Origin: Alphaproteobacteria bacterium
Lineage (GTDB): Bacteria; Pseudomonadota; Alphaproteobacteria; MPNO01; UBA830
Direction of reading: 5' to 3'
DNA: 64,000 bases
Assembly: GCA_965243135.1 (NCBI GenBank)
Contig: OZ251539.1
Location: 1,792,001-1,856,000 of the forward strand
The translations under genes and the position numbers were made by a program. Under the pieces are notes generated by a model, which saw only the letters and a program-made list of their open reading frames with translations, was not told the origin of the DNA and ran no database searches. Shown here one piece after another: positions 41,066-51,545 of this stretch. The number at the start of each line of letters is the position of its first letter. The first letter of the stretch is position 1.

Positions 41066-42253
41066 ATGTCTGACCGGAGCTACCTGGACTGGCCGTTCCT
41101 CGAGGAGGCGCACCGCGAACTGGCGGACGCCATCCGCGACTGGGCGGATCGGGAAATCGTTCCGATCTCCGACGGCGAGCCCGGGGATCGCGCCGAACTC
41201 GATTCGCTGGCGCGGGAACTCGTGCAGAGGCTCGCCGCGGGCGGCTGGCTGCGATACGCCGTTCCCGCGCCTTGGGGCGGCTTGCGCGAAACCCTCGACG
41301 TCCGGTCCCTTTGTCTGATCCGGGAGACTCTCGCGCAATATTCGGGCATGGCGGATTTTTCGTTCGTCATGCAAGGGCTCGGCTCGGGGCCCATCTCGTT
41401 GTTCGGTTCGGAGGAACAGCGGCAGGCGTATCTGCCCGGCGTGGCGTCCGGCGACCGGATCGCGGCCTTCGCCCTTTCCGAACCGGATTCCGGATCGGAC
41501 GTCGCCGCGATGTCGACCTCGGCCAGACGCGACGGCGACTTCTACGTGATCGACGGCGAAAAGACGCTCATCTCCAACGGCGGCATCGCCGATCAATACG
41601 TCGTCTTCGCCCGGACGGAGGAAGCGACCGGCGCGAAAGGACTTTCCGCGTTCGTGGTCGAGGACGGCGCCCCCGGCTTCTCGATCGCCGAGCGCTTCGA
41701 CGTCATTGCGCCGCACCCGCTCGGCCGTCTCCGTTTCGACGGTTGCCGCGTGCCGGCAACGCAGATGTTGGGCAACCCGGGGGAAGGTTTCCGGATCGCC
41801 ATGTCCTCGCTGGACGTGTTTCGTTCGACGGTCGGGGCCGCCGCCCTCGGCTTCGCCCGGCGCGCTTACGACGAAGCAATCGGGCAGGCGCGGACGCGGA
41901 AAGCTTTTGGCAAGGCGATCGCGGAGCACCAGATGGTGCAAGCCAAGATCGCGGACATGGCCCTGAAGATCGACGCCGCGGCGCTGCTGGTCTACCGTTC
42001 CGCCTGGACGCGAGACGCCGCGGGCGGGCGCGTCACCAGGGAAGCCGCCATGGCGAAGCTGTACGCAACCGAAAGCGCGCAGGAAATCGTCGACGAGGCG
42101 GTGCAGATTTTCGGCGGCATGGGCGTCGTGACGGGTTCGACGGTGGAACGCCTGTACCGCGAGGTTCGGGCCTTGCGAATCTACGAGGGAACCAGCGAAA
42201 TCCAGAGACTGATCATCGCCGGCCAGGCTCTGGCAGAAAGCGCGACGAAGTGA
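41066..42253 (+). CDS. Acyl-CoA dehydrogenase
   Basis: [43 protein letters not shown]. Confidence 0.95.
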   Translation: MSDRSYLDWPFLEEAHRELADAIRDWADREIVPISDGEPGDRAELDSLARELVQRLAAGGWLRYAVPAPWGGLRETLDVRSLCLIRETLAQYSGMADFSFVMQGLGSGPISLFGSEEQRQAYLPGVASGDRIAAFALSEPDSGSDVAAMSTSARRDGDFYVIDGEKTLISNGGIADQYVVFARTEEATGAKGLSAFVVEDGAPGFSIAERFDVIAPHPLGRLRFDGCRVPATQMLGNPGEGFRIAMSSLDVFRSTVGAAALGFARRAYDEAIGQARTRKAFGKAIAEHQMVQAKIADMALKIDAAALLVYRSAWTRDAAGGRVTREAAMAKLYATESAQEIVDEAVQIFGGMGVVTGSTVERLYREVRALRIYEGTSEIQRLIIAGQALAESATK

Positions 42254-43920
42254 ACGTGACCGAAAGAGCGCCCTCCGGGCCGACGGCGCATATCGACACC
42301 TTCGCGGCCGACAACCTTCCGCCGAGGGAACGATGGCCCGCGTTCGAGTTCGATTCGCTGCCGACGCTCCGCGCTTATCCCGATCGGATCAACGCCGCCG
42401 TCGAGTTGTTGGACCGCATGTGCGACGCCGGATACGGCCACAGGCCCGTGCTGCACTACGAAGACGTCTCGTGGACCTATCGCGCGCTCCGGGATATTTC
42501 CGACCGCATAGCGCGAGCGCTCGTAGAGGATCAGGGCCTGGTCCCGGGAAACCGCGTCCTGCTGCGTTCCGCGAACAACCCGATGCTGGTCGCCTGCTGG
42601 TGCGCCGTCCTCAAGGCGGGCGGCATTTGCGTGACCACCATGCAGCTTCTGCGGGCGCGAGAGCTCGAATACATCGTGGAAAAGGCGGAAATCAGCCACG
42701 CGTTGTGCGATCTTTCCCTCGCCGAAGCGCTCGAGGAAACCCGCGTCCGCAAGCCGGAGCTTCGGCATGCGCTTTATTTTTCGGCGACGGGCAGCGAGCG
42801 CGCGGCCAGGGACGATTTCACCCTTGACTGCGCCCTTGACGACAAGCCGGCGGGCTTCTCGCCCTGCGACACCGCCGCCGACGATACCGCGCTGATCGCC
42901 TTTACGTCCGGCACCACGGGTCAGCCGAAGGCCACGATGCATTTCCACCGGGACGTTCTCGCCATGTGCGATTGCTTCCCCAGATCGTTCGCCATGTCGG
43001 AGCCGCGCGACGTTTTCATCGGCACGCCGCCGCTGGCGTTCACGTTCGGACTGGGCGGGCTGACGTGCTTTCCGATGCGCTTCGGCGCATCGACCCGTTT
43101 CTTTCCCGAACCGCTCGGCCCCGAAGAAATTCTGCAGGCCGTCGAGCGGCATCGCGTCACCGGCATTTACACGGCGCCGACGATGTACCGCCAACTCGCC
43201 GCGCTGGCCGGGAAGTACGACGTGTCGAGTCTCGAAAAGTGCGTCTCGGCGGGAGAGACGCTCCCGCGAGCGACATGGGAAGCCTTTCACGAAGCGACAG
43301 GCCTGAGGATCGTCGACGGATTGGGCTCGACCGAAATGATTCACATCTTCGTTTCCGCGAGCCGCGAAGACATGCGGCCGGGCTTCACCGGCAAGGCGAT
43401 CCCCGGCTACCGGGCGAAAATCGTCGACGAAGACGGAAGCGAACTCGGCCCCGGCCGGCCCGGGCTGCTCGCGGTGCGGGGGCCGACGGGATGCCGCTAT
43501 CTGTCGGATGACAGGCAATCCGCCTACGTGCGCGAAGGGTGGAACTATCCGGGCGACATCTACGAGGCCGACGAGGAAGGATACTTCCGGTACGTCTCGC
43601 GGGCGGACGACATGATCGTGTCGGCAGGCTACAACATCTCCGGCCCCGAGGTCGAAAACGCTCTGCTCGACCATGGCGCAGTCGCGGAATGCGCGGTCGT
43701 CGCCAAGCCCGATCCGGATCGGACCAATATCGTCAAGGCGTTCGTCGTATTGCGCGAAGGATTTGACGGCGACGAGGCGATGCGAACGAACCTCCAGGAG
43801 TTCGTGAAGGGAGAGATCGCGCCTTACAAGTATCCGCGGGAACTCGAGTTCGTCCGAGAACTGCCGAAAACGGAAACGGGCAAGCTGCAGCGCTTTCGCC
43901 TGCGCGAGGGAGGGAGCTGA
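42250..43920 (+). CDS. 2-aminobenzoate/benzoate-CoA ligase family AMP-binding protein
   Basis: [57 protein letters not shown]; GTG overlaps the upstream stop. Confidence 0.9.
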   Translation: MNVTERAPSGPTAHIDTFAADNLPPRERWPAFEFDSLPTLRAYPDRINAAVELLDRMCDAGYGHRPVLHYEDVSWTYRALRDISDRIARALVEDQGLVPGNRVLLRSANNPMLVACWCAVLKAGGICVTTMQLLRARELEYIVEKAEISHALCDLSLAEALEETRVRKPELRHALYFSATGSERAARDDFTLDCALDDKPAGFSPCDTAADDTALIAFTSGTTGQPKATMHFHRDVLAMCDCFPRSFAMSEPRDVFIGTPPLAFTFGLGGLTCFPMRFGASTRFFPEPLGPEEILQAVERHRVTGIYTAPTMYRQLAALAGKYDVSSLEKCVSAGETLPRATWEAFHEATGLRIVDGLGSTEMIHIFVSASREDMRPGFTGKAIPGYRAKIVDEDGSELGPGRPGLLAVRGPTGCRYLSDDRQSAYVREGWNYPGDIYEADEEGYFRYVSRADDMIVSAGYNISGPEVENALLDHGAVAECAVVAKPDPDRTNIVKAFVVLREGFDGDEAMRTNLQEFVKGEIAPYKYPRELEFVRELPKTETGKLQRFRLREGGS

Positions 43921-43952
43921 CGCTACTCCGCAGGCGGGTTTCGCCGCCCGAA

Positions 43953-44654
43953 TCACTCAGCGACGTCGTAGGCGACCGTATCTCGAGCGTAACCGTCGAA
44001 AAGATCGAGCATGCGCTCGCGCCATCCGAACACCGGATCGTCGGCGCCGAGCAATTTGAACGGGCTGACGATTCGCGCCCATTGAAACTGGGAAAACACC
44101 GCGTAGTCGGCATATCCGGGAGCGTCGCCGCAAACGAAGTTCTGCCCTTTCCGAAACGACGTCCGTATCGGATCGAGCGTCCGGTAAAGCGCCTTGAGAC
44201 GATTTTCGCGCCCCTCCTGAACTTCTTCCAGGGTCCGCTTGTACATCTTTTCCATGGACTCGCGGAAATACGTCCTGTCGTCGGGGTGCGCGGCGTCGAG
44301 AACGTCGCGCGCGATCAGCGGGCCGAGCGCCGCGTTCACCGCCCTGTCGCACCAACTGTTGATCACCCGCGTCAACCCGAGGCCGATGCCGCCTCCGAAA
44401 AGCGACGAAGCACCGGGGTACTTCTCTTCAAGATACAGGGCGATGTCCCAGGAGTCGGCCAGCGCCGCATCGCCGTCGACCATGACCGGCACGCTGGTGG
44501 AATTGGCGAAGGCGATGGATTCCTTGTCCGTCAGCAAAATCGGCCTGGACTCGAAATCCAACCCCTTATGCTTCAGCGCCATTTTCGCGCGCCATGAAAA
44601 CTGGCTGTAGCGGCGTCCGTCCGCGCCGAGCAGTTCGTATAACGTGATGCTCAT
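43953..44654 (-). CDS. Glutathione S-transferase (beta-etherase LigE-like subgroup)
   Basis: LYEL.G..GRRYS.FSWR.KMAL.HKGL, VPV.VDG, DSWDIA.YLE, PGYADY. Confidence 0.85.
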   Translation of the reverse strand: MSITLYELLGADGRRYSQFSWRAKMALKHKGLDFESRPILLTDKESIAFANSTSVPVMVDGDAALADSWDIALYLEEKYPGASSLFGGGIGLGLTRVINSWCDRAVNAALGPLIARDVLDAAHPDDRTYFRESMEKMYKRTLEEVQEGRENRLKALYRTLDPIRTSFRKGQNFVCGDAPGYADYAVFSQFQWARIVSPFKLLGADDPVFGWRERMLDLFDGYARDTVAYDVAE

Positions 44655-44740
44655 GCTGAAACCTCGTTGCGACGGCGGGAACGGTTAAATCCGCTGTCCC
44701 GCCCGGTCAAGGCCTGCCGCTGTTTCCCGAACGGAGCGCC

Positions 44741-47173
44741 TTACTCCGTCGGCTCGTCGCGCTGGCCGGCCGCCGCGCCGATGGCGGCGGTTTTCATCTC
44801 CCAGTCCGTGCCCCGCGTCTGGAGCATGGCCGGAATCGCCTCCACGGAATGCGGACGCGTCTGCTTTCGCAACTCTTCGACCTGTTGCCTTTCGCGTTCG
44901 AATTCGCGAAACGCCGCGAACTTCCCGGCCTGGTACTGATCCGGCCAGAGAAATTTCTCGACGCCGTAGTGCGCCGCGGCCTGTCTGGTGAAATACGGGT
45001 TGTATAAATGGGTGCGCGCCAACGCCACCAGGTCGGATCGTCCGGCGGCCACGATCGTGTTGACCTGATCCCAGGTGAATATGTTGCCGGCGACGATCGT
45101 AGGTATCTCCGCCTCGATCCGGATCTGCTCGGAGAAAGGCGCCTGAAACATGCGCCCGTAAACCGGCTTCTCGCTCGCGTCCGTCTGCCCGGTCGACACG
45201 TTGATCAGATCGCAACCTCGCTCCCTGAACGCTCGGGCGATGACCACCGCATCCCGGGCCGTGGTGCCCCCTTCGATCCAGTCGGTGGCCGAGATGCGCA
45301 CGGACATGGGCCGATCCTCGGGCCAGACCGCGCGGCACGCTTCGAAGACCTCGAGCGGATAGCGCAAGCGATTCGCCGGAGAGCCGCCGTATTCGTCGAC
45401 CCGCCGATTCGTCCAGGGCGACAGAAAGGAAGCCAGAAGATAGCCGTGCGCGCAGTGCAGTTCGAGATGATCGAAATCCGCGTCGCGCGCCCTTTCCGCC
45501 GCGGCGGAAAACTCGGCCGTGACCCTGTCCATGTCCTCGCGAGTCATTTCGCGGGGAACCTGGGACGTCTCGAAATAGGGAAGCGGCGACGCGGAGATCA
45601 GCTCCCAGTTTCCGCCGTCGAGCGGCTGGTCGATTCCCTCCCAGGCCAGCTTCGTCGACCCCTTGCGGCCCGCATGCCCGATCTGCATCGCCGCCTTCGC
45701 GTCGGTATGCGCATGGATGAAGTCGACGATCCGCCTCCACTCCGCCTCCTGCGCCTCGTTCCAGATGCCGGCGCATCCGGGAGTGATTCGCGCGTCGGGA
45801 CCGGTGCACGCCATCTCGGTAAAGACCAGCCCGGCGCCGCCCATCGCCCGGCTCGTCAGGTGAACGTAGTGCCATTCGTCCGGCATGCCGCCGATCGAGC
45901 TGTACTGGCACATGGGCGAAACCGCCACCCGGTTGGCAAGCCGCATTCCGCGCAGTTCCATGGGCGCGAACATCGGCGGCAGAGGCGTTTCCGCAAGCGC
46001 GGGCGCGTCGTAGCGGTCCGCGGCATCGGCGGAGAACCAGGCGTCGACCTCCTCGACGAAGGCGGGATCCCGCAAGCGCAAATTGTCGTAGGTGATGGCT
46101 TTCGAGCGCGACAGCAGGCTGAACGAGAACTGCACGGGATCCATCTTCCAGTAGCGCTCGACGTGCTCGAACCATGACAGCGACACGTCTGCGGCATGTT
46201 GAAGCCGTTCGACCTCGTCGCGGCGCGTTTCGTCGTAGGCCTCCAGGACTTTCGCGACCGGGTCCGGCGAACGGAAGCATTCGAACAGCGAAATCGCGTC
46301 CTCCATCGCAAGCTTCGTGCCGGAGCCGATGGAGAAATGCGCCGTATGGGCGCAGTCGCCCAGCAGAACGAGGTTGCCCATGGTCCACGTCGCGCAGCGA
46401 ATCATCGGAAAATTGCGCCAGATCGAACGGTTGCCGACGATCGGGTGGCCTTCGAGCAGATCTTCGTAGAGCGCGGAGACGTAGGCGACCGTGTCGGCTT
46501 CCGAGGCGTTCTCCAGACCGGCCTTCTTCAAAGCGTCTTCCGTCGTCTCCACGATCCACGTGCTCATTTCGGCGTCGTACTGGTAGGCGTGCAGGTTCCA
46601 GATCCCGGCGTCGTTCTCGCGGAAATCGAAGGTGAAGGCGTCGAGCGGCCTCGTCGCCCCGAGCCATACGAATTTGTTCGGCCGCCAGTCGAATTGCGGA
46701 CGGAAGTGATCGGCATGCCGGTCTCGAATCCACGAGTTGATGCCGTTGGCGGCGACCACCAGGTCGGCGTCGGGCGCGATCTGGTCGAGGGACGCGATTT
46801 CGCGCTGGAATTCGAGCTCCACCCCGAGCTCGCGGCAGCGCTCCTGAAGGAGGAGAAGCATGCTCTTGCGCGACATGCCGCAGAATCCGTGCCCGCCCGA
46901 CACGATCTTGCGGCCCTTGCAATAGGTGTGAATGTCGTCCCAATACGCGAAGCCTTCGCGGATGCGGTCGTAGGAGATCTGGTCGTAGTCCCGGAAATGC
47001 CCGAGGGTCTCCGCCGAGAACACGACCCCGAACCCGAAGGTGTCGTCCGGACGGTTCTGCTCGTAGATCCGGATTTCATGGTTCGGATCGGCCTTCTTCA
47101 TCAACAGGGCGAAGTAGAGGCCGGCCGGTCCGCCCCCGACAATCTCGATTTTCATCCGCTCTCGCCTTTCCAT
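44741..47173 (-). CDS. Bifunctional 2-aminobenzoyl-CoA/salicylyl-CoA monooxygenase-reductase
   Basis: N-terminal [34 protein letters not shown]; C-terminal OYE domain [29 protein letters not shown]. Confidence 0.93.
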   Translation of the reverse strand: MERRERMKIEIVGGGPAGLYFALLMKKADPNHEIRIYEQNRPDDTFGFGVVFSAETLGHFRDYDQISYDRIREGFAYWDDIHTYCKGRKIVSGGHGFCGMSRKSMLLLLQERCRELGVELEFQREIASLDQIAPDADLVVAANGINSWIRDRHADHFRPQFDWRPNKFVWLGATRPLDAFTFDFRENDAGIWNLHAYQYDAEMSTWIVETTEDALKKAGLENASEADTVAYVSALYEDLLEGHPIVGNRSIWRNFPMIRCATWTMGNLVLLGDCAHTAHFSIGSGTKLAMEDAISLFECFRSPDPVAKVLEAYDETRRDEVERLQHAADVSLSWFEHVERYWKMDPVQFSFSLLSRSKAITYDNLRLRDPAFVEEVDAWFSADAADRYDAPALAETPLPPMFAPMELRGMRLANRVAVSPMCQYSSIGGMPDEWHYVHLTSRAMGGAGLVFTEMACTGPDARITPGCAGIWNEAQEAEWRRIVDFIHAHTDAKAAMQIGHAGRKGSTKLAWEGIDQPLDGGNWELISASPLPYFETSQVPREMTREDMDRVTAEFSAAAERARDADFDHLELHCAHGYLLASFLSPWTNRRVDEYGGSPANRLRYPLEVFEACRAVWPEDRPMSVRISATDWIEGGTTARDAVVIARAFRERGCDLINVSTGQTDASEKPVYGRMFQAPFSEQIRIEAEIPTIVAGNIFTWDQVNTIVAAGRSDLVALARTHLYNPYFTRQAAAHYGVEKFLWPDQYQAGKFAAFREFERERQQVEELRKQTRPHSVEAIPAMLQTRGTDWEMKTAAIGAAAGQRDEPTE

Positions 47174-47305
47174 GATAGGTCGTCGAACCGTACATAGACC
47201 ATTCTGGGTTCCCGAACGCCTGGTTCAAGCGAAACGCCCGCGTCCGCCTTCCGCAGCCCGGTCCCCGGTGTCGCAAACAGAATACGGATTTCATAAACTG
47301 CCGCC

Positions 47306-48397
47306 ATGACCCAACCGGACGCCGATGTCGCGGGGATTTTTCCGTCGCAGACGCTCAGATCGCTGATCGCCCGAGGCGTCATCGTCGGCAATCCCCCCGA
47401 GGAACTCATCCAGCCGGCGAGCCTCGACCTGAGGCTCGGCCCATTCGCCTGGCGCGTCAACGCCAGTTTCCTTCCCGGCCCCGACGTCGCCGTCGACGTC
47501 AAGGTTCGGAATTTCGAGATGCACCGGATCGACCTGACCGGCGGCGCGGTGCTCGAAAAGGGCTGCGTCTACGTCGCGCCTCTGCTTGAAAGCCTTCGGC
47601 TGCCGAACGGCATATCCGCGTTCGCGAACCCGAAGAGCTCCACCGGCCGCCTCGACGTGCTGACGCGGGTGATCTCCGATCGCGGTGCGCATTTCGATTT
47701 GATTCCCGCCGGCTACGAGGGGCCGCTCTATGCGGAAATCTCCCCGAGGACCTTTTCGGTGCTGGCGCGCACCGGCTCCCGCCTGACGCAGCTGCGGCTG
47801 CGCCGCGAAGGCGAAAGCGGCGGCCCGGCGAGGGAGTCTCGCCCTACCCTGCCCGATCTGCCGGGAATGCCGCAGGACGGAAATCTCGGCCTGCGGGTCG
47901 ACCTCGCCGGAGCGGGCAACGTGGTCGGCTGGCGCGCCCGCCGGCACGCCGGCGTCGTCGATATCGATCGGCGGGGCGCTTACGATCCCGCGGATTTCTG
48001 GGAACCCGTGACGGTCCGCAGAGGCGGGCTGGTCCTGAATCCCGACGATTTCCACATCCTGGCGACGCGCGAGGCCGTGGTCGTGCCGCCGGAATTCGCG
48101 GCGGAAATGGTCGCCTACGATACGTTGCTCGGCGAATTCCGGGTGCACTACGCCGGCTTCTTCGATCCCGGTTTCGGATGGAACCGCGACGGAAGCGGCG
48201 ACGGCTCCCGCGGCGTGCTGGAGGTGCGCTCGCACGACGTCCCGTTCCTGCTGGAACACGGCCAGTTGATCGGCCGGTTGAGGTACGAACGGATGGCGGC
48301 GCGGCCGGACAGCGTATACGGGCGCGGTATCGGCTCGCATTACCAGGGACAGGCGCTGAAGCTCGCCAAACAGTTCGCCGAACCCGAGGCCGGGTGA
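47306..48397 (+). CDS. dcd: dCTP deaminase, long alphaproteobacterial form
   Basis: IQPASLDLRLG, ANPKSSTGRLD, GEFRVHYAGFFDPGFG, YQGQALKL. Confidence 0.9.
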   Translation: MTQPDADVAGIFPSQTLRSLIARGVIVGNPPEELIQPASLDLRLGPFAWRVNASFLPGPDVAVDVKVRNFEMHRIDLTGGAVLEKGCVYVAPLLESLRLPNGISAFANPKSSTGRLDVLTRVISDRGAHFDLIPAGYEGPLYAEISPRTFSVLARTGSRLTQLRLRREGESGGPARESRPTLPDLPGMPQDGNLGLRVDLAGAGNVVGWRARRHAGVVDIDRRGAYDPADFWEPVTVRRGGLVLNPDDFHILATREAVVVPPEFAAEMVAYDTLLGEFRVHYAGFFDPGFGWNRDGSGDGSRGVLEVRSHDVPFLLEHGQLIGRLRYERMAARPDSVYGRGIGSHYQGQALKLAKQFAEPEAG

Positions 48398-48412
48398 CGG
48401 CCGGGCACGCCC

Positions 48413-49333
48413 TTAGCGAGCGTCCGCTACGTGCAAGATCGTCCGAATCAGCGTCTCGGGATTCGCGGAGCCCTTCCCGGCAATGTCGAGCGCGCTTCCG
48501 TGGGCGACGGACGAAAACAGAATCGGCGCGCCGATAGCGAAGGCGGCGGCGCCTCCGGCCAGTTTCGCCGGTATATGGCCCTGATCGTGAAGCATCACGA
48601 GATAGGCGTCGTAACTGTCGTCGAGGTACATCGTGTCGGCGCCGAACGGTCCGCGGGCATCGATTCCGCCGCGCCGGGCTTCCTCGACCGCCGGCGACAC
48701 GATTTCGATTTCCTCTCTCCCGAACAGGCCGCCCTCTCCCGCATGAGGATTGACTCCCGAGACCGCGATGCGCGGCGACGTCGCTCCGATCCGCCCGAGC
48801 GCGAACGCCGTCGCCCGAAGGGCGCGGAGGATGCGCGGCCCGTCGATCATCTCCAGCGCGGCGCGTACGCCCACATGCAGCGTGACGTGAGCGATTCGCA
48901 GCCGGTCGAAGACCAGCATCAGGAAAACGTCGTCGGGATCGGTGCCTGTTTCTCGCGCAAGGAAGGACGGGTAGCCGTCGAACGCGATCCCGGCCGCGGC
49001 GATCGAGGACTGGGTATGCGGACAGGCGACGACCGCAGCGGCCTCTCCCGCTTCCGCCATCCCGATCGCCCGCGCGGCATACGCCAGAGCGGCGCGGCCG
49101 CACGCGGGGGCGCTCGCGCCCGGCTCCGCCGCGTCCAGGAAACCGACGTCGACCGGATTTCCGGGAAGGGGCAATCCGAGTCGCGACGCGTACACGGACA
49201 GGATTGCGGCGTCTCCGACCAGCACCGGATCGCATGCTCGCCGCACGCGGTCGTCGGCCGCGGCCTTCAGAGCGATTTCCGGACCGATTCCGGCCGGGTC
49301 CCCGACAGGCACGGCGATTCGCGGCTTCGTCAC
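48413..49333 (-). CDS. PdxA-family dehydrogenase, possibly a TphB-like cis-dihydrodiol decarboxylating dehydrogenase
   Basis: GDPAGIGPE, HVTLH, NPHAGEGG.FG.EE, MLHDQGHIP.K, SVAHGSA.DIAG; follows the dioxygenase beta subunit. Confidence 0.85.
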   Translation of the reverse strand: MTKPRIAVPVGDPAGIGPEIALKAAADDRVRRACDPVLVGDAAILSVYASRLGLPLPGNPVDVGFLDAAEPGASAPACGRAALAYAARAIGMAEAGEAAAVVACPHTQSSIAAAGIAFDGYPSFLARETGTDPDDVFLMLVFDRLRIAHVTLHVGVRAALEMIDGPRILRALRATAFALGRIGATSPRIAVSGVNPHAGEGGLFGREEIEIVSPAVEEARRGGIDARGPFGADTMYLDDSYDAYLVMLHDQGHIPAKLAGGAAAFAIGAPILFSSVAHGSALDIAGKGSANPETLIRTILHVADAR

Positions 49334-49379
49334 GCCGCGCGAATCCCGACGAACGCGACTCGCGCGCGGGCGACGGCCA

Positions 49380-49865
49380 TCAGATCGGGATGACGACGAG
49401 CGTATCTATCCGAGTGGAATCGGTGACCACGACGCGGGAACGGAATCGCGGCCGGCCGTCCTCGAAAACGATCTCGTCGACGTACTTGCCGGAACTGAAC
49501 ACGGAAACGTCCCCCTCCTGCATGGTGCGGATCACCGCATAGGATGTCTCGACGCGCCAGGCGCCGCCGCTGCGGTCCCGGACGCGCGGCGCCGACAGCA
49601 GATGGCGATAGAAGTGAGGTTCGTAGACGTTCGCTTCCCGAAGCGCCTTGACGCGATCCTGCAGCATGCCCCGGCTGCGGCATTCGATCACGCCGACGGG
49701 GCGTCCCAGCGCGTAGTTTTCGCGATTGACGATCCGGTAGACGCAGGGATCGGTGAAGCGCTCCGGCCATTCCTCAAGGCGGTCGTCGTCGATCGCGTGG
49801 GCGCAGTCCGCGATGAAGTCCTCGATCTCGCGCCGGACGCCGGCCTCGGGGACCTCCGCCGTCAT
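49380..49865 (-). CDS. Ring-hydroxylating dioxygenase beta subunit (TphA3/NagH/AndAd type)
   Basis: IDDDRLEEWP..F, RENY, GMLQDRV.ALREANVYEPH.YRH, IDTLVVIP. Confidence 0.92.
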   Translation of the reverse strand: MTAEVPEAGVRREIEDFIADCAHAIDDDRLEEWPERFTDPCVYRIVNRENYALGRPVGVIECRSRGMLQDRVKALREANVYEPHFYRHLLSAPRVRDRSGGAWRVETSYAVIRTMQEGDVSVFSSGKYVDEIVFEDGRPRFRSRVVVTDSTRIDTLVVIPI

Positions 49866-51103
49866 ACGCCCATCACGTCGCGGTATCCCTGCCAGAAGCC
49901 TCGAATCGACACCTCGGTGGCGCGCCCCTCCTCGCTCGGCGCGACGTCGCGGCCGCCCATTTCCAGAATCGTCGTCATGTCGGGATCGCGCTTCGATCCG
50001 CGCTGCACCCATCCGCCGACCACGCCGTCCTCCATGGAAATCAGCCCCCCGGGGCCGACGAGATTGGACTGCCGCACGCGGGCGTCGCGCTGCGCGTCCG
50101 AATCGTCGGCGCAACCAAGCACCCACCACAGAAGTTCGCATTCCTCGGGGCCTCGGGGCAGGCACAGCCGCAGCGCTATCGAATTGTATATCTGCTGCAG
50201 AACGAAGTTCGGATAGACGGACTGGATCGCCAGCGTCGTTCCGCAGTCGAACTCGCGCCAGCCCTCGACCAGTCCCGGATCCGCGAGAAGGTATCCGTCC
50301 TTGACGGACAGCAGTCGCTTCGAGTCGTACTGCCGCTCTTCCCGGTCGGTTTCCGCCACGGAATAGCTGATGTGATGCCAGCCGCGCTCGGAAAGCTTGA
50401 TGCCGCCCTTCATCGAAAGGCGGTTCATCCGAAACGTCGCCTGGAACATGTGCAGGATGCTGGCGTGATAGGAGTCGCGCACGTTCTCCATATACAGTTT
50501 CCAGTTGTTGGGCATGTACTGGCTGTAGGTGCCGAGCGGAACCATGTCCCGGCCGAGAAGCCGCTCCATGTTCTCCAGCATTTCCGGGCCGAGATAGTCG
50601 GCGAGGGACGGCGCGTCCTCCGCGAAGGTCGCGAAAACCAGGCCAAGAACGCATTCCGCGCGCAAGCGCTGCAGACCGTGTTCGGCGACGTCGAAATCGT
50701 CCGGCATGCCGCCCTTGTTGCCGATGCCGCGGCCGAAAGCGACGCTCTCGAGATTGCCGTCGAGATCGTAGCGCCAGTTGTGATAGACGCAGGTCAAATG
50801 CTTCGCGCTGCCGGACTTCGCGATGCAGACGAGATTCCCTCGATGCGAGCAACGGTTGACGAGAACCCGGATGTCGCCGTCCGGGTTGCGCAGGACGATG
50901 ACCGGCGTGTCGCCGACATAGGCGGTGCGATAATCGCCGGGAGCGGGGATCTCCCGGGCCATGCCGACGAAGTTCCAGACAGGTCCGCGAAAGAGGCGCC
51001 GCTGTTCCTCCTCGTAGACGTCCGGGTCGGTGTAGATGCCGTAGGGAACGCGGCTGACGCCGTCGCCGGGCCACCGCAACGCCCCTGTATCGCCTGCCTT
51101 CAT
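49862..51103 (-). CDS. Rieske dioxygenase alpha subunit, terephthalate/salicylate/anthranilate subfamily
   Basis: RVPYGIYTD, NRCSHRG..CVYHNW, NWKLYMENVRDSYHASILH, GP.GLISMEDG, RATEVSIRGFW. Confidence 0.92.
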   Translation of the reverse strand: MKAGDTGALRWPGDGVSRVPYGIYTDPDVYEEEQRRLFRGPVWNFVGMAREIPAPGDYRTAYVGDTPVIVLRNPDGDIRVLVNRCSHRGNLVCIAKSGSAKHLTCVYHNWRYDLDGNLESVAFGRGIGNKGGMPDDFDVAEHGLQRLRAECVLGLVFATFAEDAPSLADYLGPEMLENMERLLGRDMVPLGTYSQYMPNNWKLYMENVRDSYHASILHMFQATFRMNRLSMKGGIKLSERGWHHISYSVAETDREERQYDSKRLLSVKDGYLLADPGLVEGWREFDCGTTLAIQSVYPNFVLQQIYNSIALRLCLPRGPEECELLWWVLGCADDSDAQRDARVRQSNLVGPGGLISMEDGVVGGWVQRGSKRDPDMTTILEMGGRDVAPSEEGRATEVSIRGFWQGYRDVMGV

Positions 51104-51153
51104 GCGCGTAATATACCCTCCCGAGGATACGACGTCAGCCGCGGAGACGGACC

Positions 51154-51537
51154 ATGACACGCCGCAAGAGCATAGATATCGAAGGTTTCCGGCACGCCAA
51201 TCCGATCCCGAACGCTTCGCGGGTCGGCAACCTGTTGATGACCGGCCTCATTGTCGGCCGGGACTCGGCGGCGGACGCCATGCCGGATACGCTGGAAGAT
51301 CAATGCGCGCTGATGTTCCGGCACGTTCGGAGCATCGTCGAGACCGCCGGCGGCACCACCGACGACATCGTCAAAATGAACGTCTGGCTCCGGGATCCCG
51401 GAAACCGCGAAGCGCTGAACGCGGAATGGACGCGCATGTTTCCCGACCCTGAATCCCGGCCCGCGCGCCATACCAATCCGGAAGTCCATGAGCGCCCCTG
51501 GCTCGTCAGCTGCGATTTCGTCGCCGTCCTGCCCTGA
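51154..51537 (+). CDS. RidA family protein
   Basis: HANPIP.ASRVG, AGGT.DDIVK, LN.EW..MFPDP.SRPARH. Confidence 0.88.
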   Translation: MTRRKSIDIEGFRHANPIPNASRVGNLLMTGLIVGRDSAADAMPDTLEDQCALMFRHVRSIVETAGGTTDDIVKMNVWLRDPGNREALNAEWTRMFPDPESRPARHTNPEVHERPWLVSCDFVAVLP

Positions 51538-51545
51538 CGGGCGCC

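Noticed and set aside
48413-49333. Housekeeping pdxA call
   Set aside because: Not in the surA-pdxA-rsmA context and follows dioxygenase subunits, so the gene symbol was withheld
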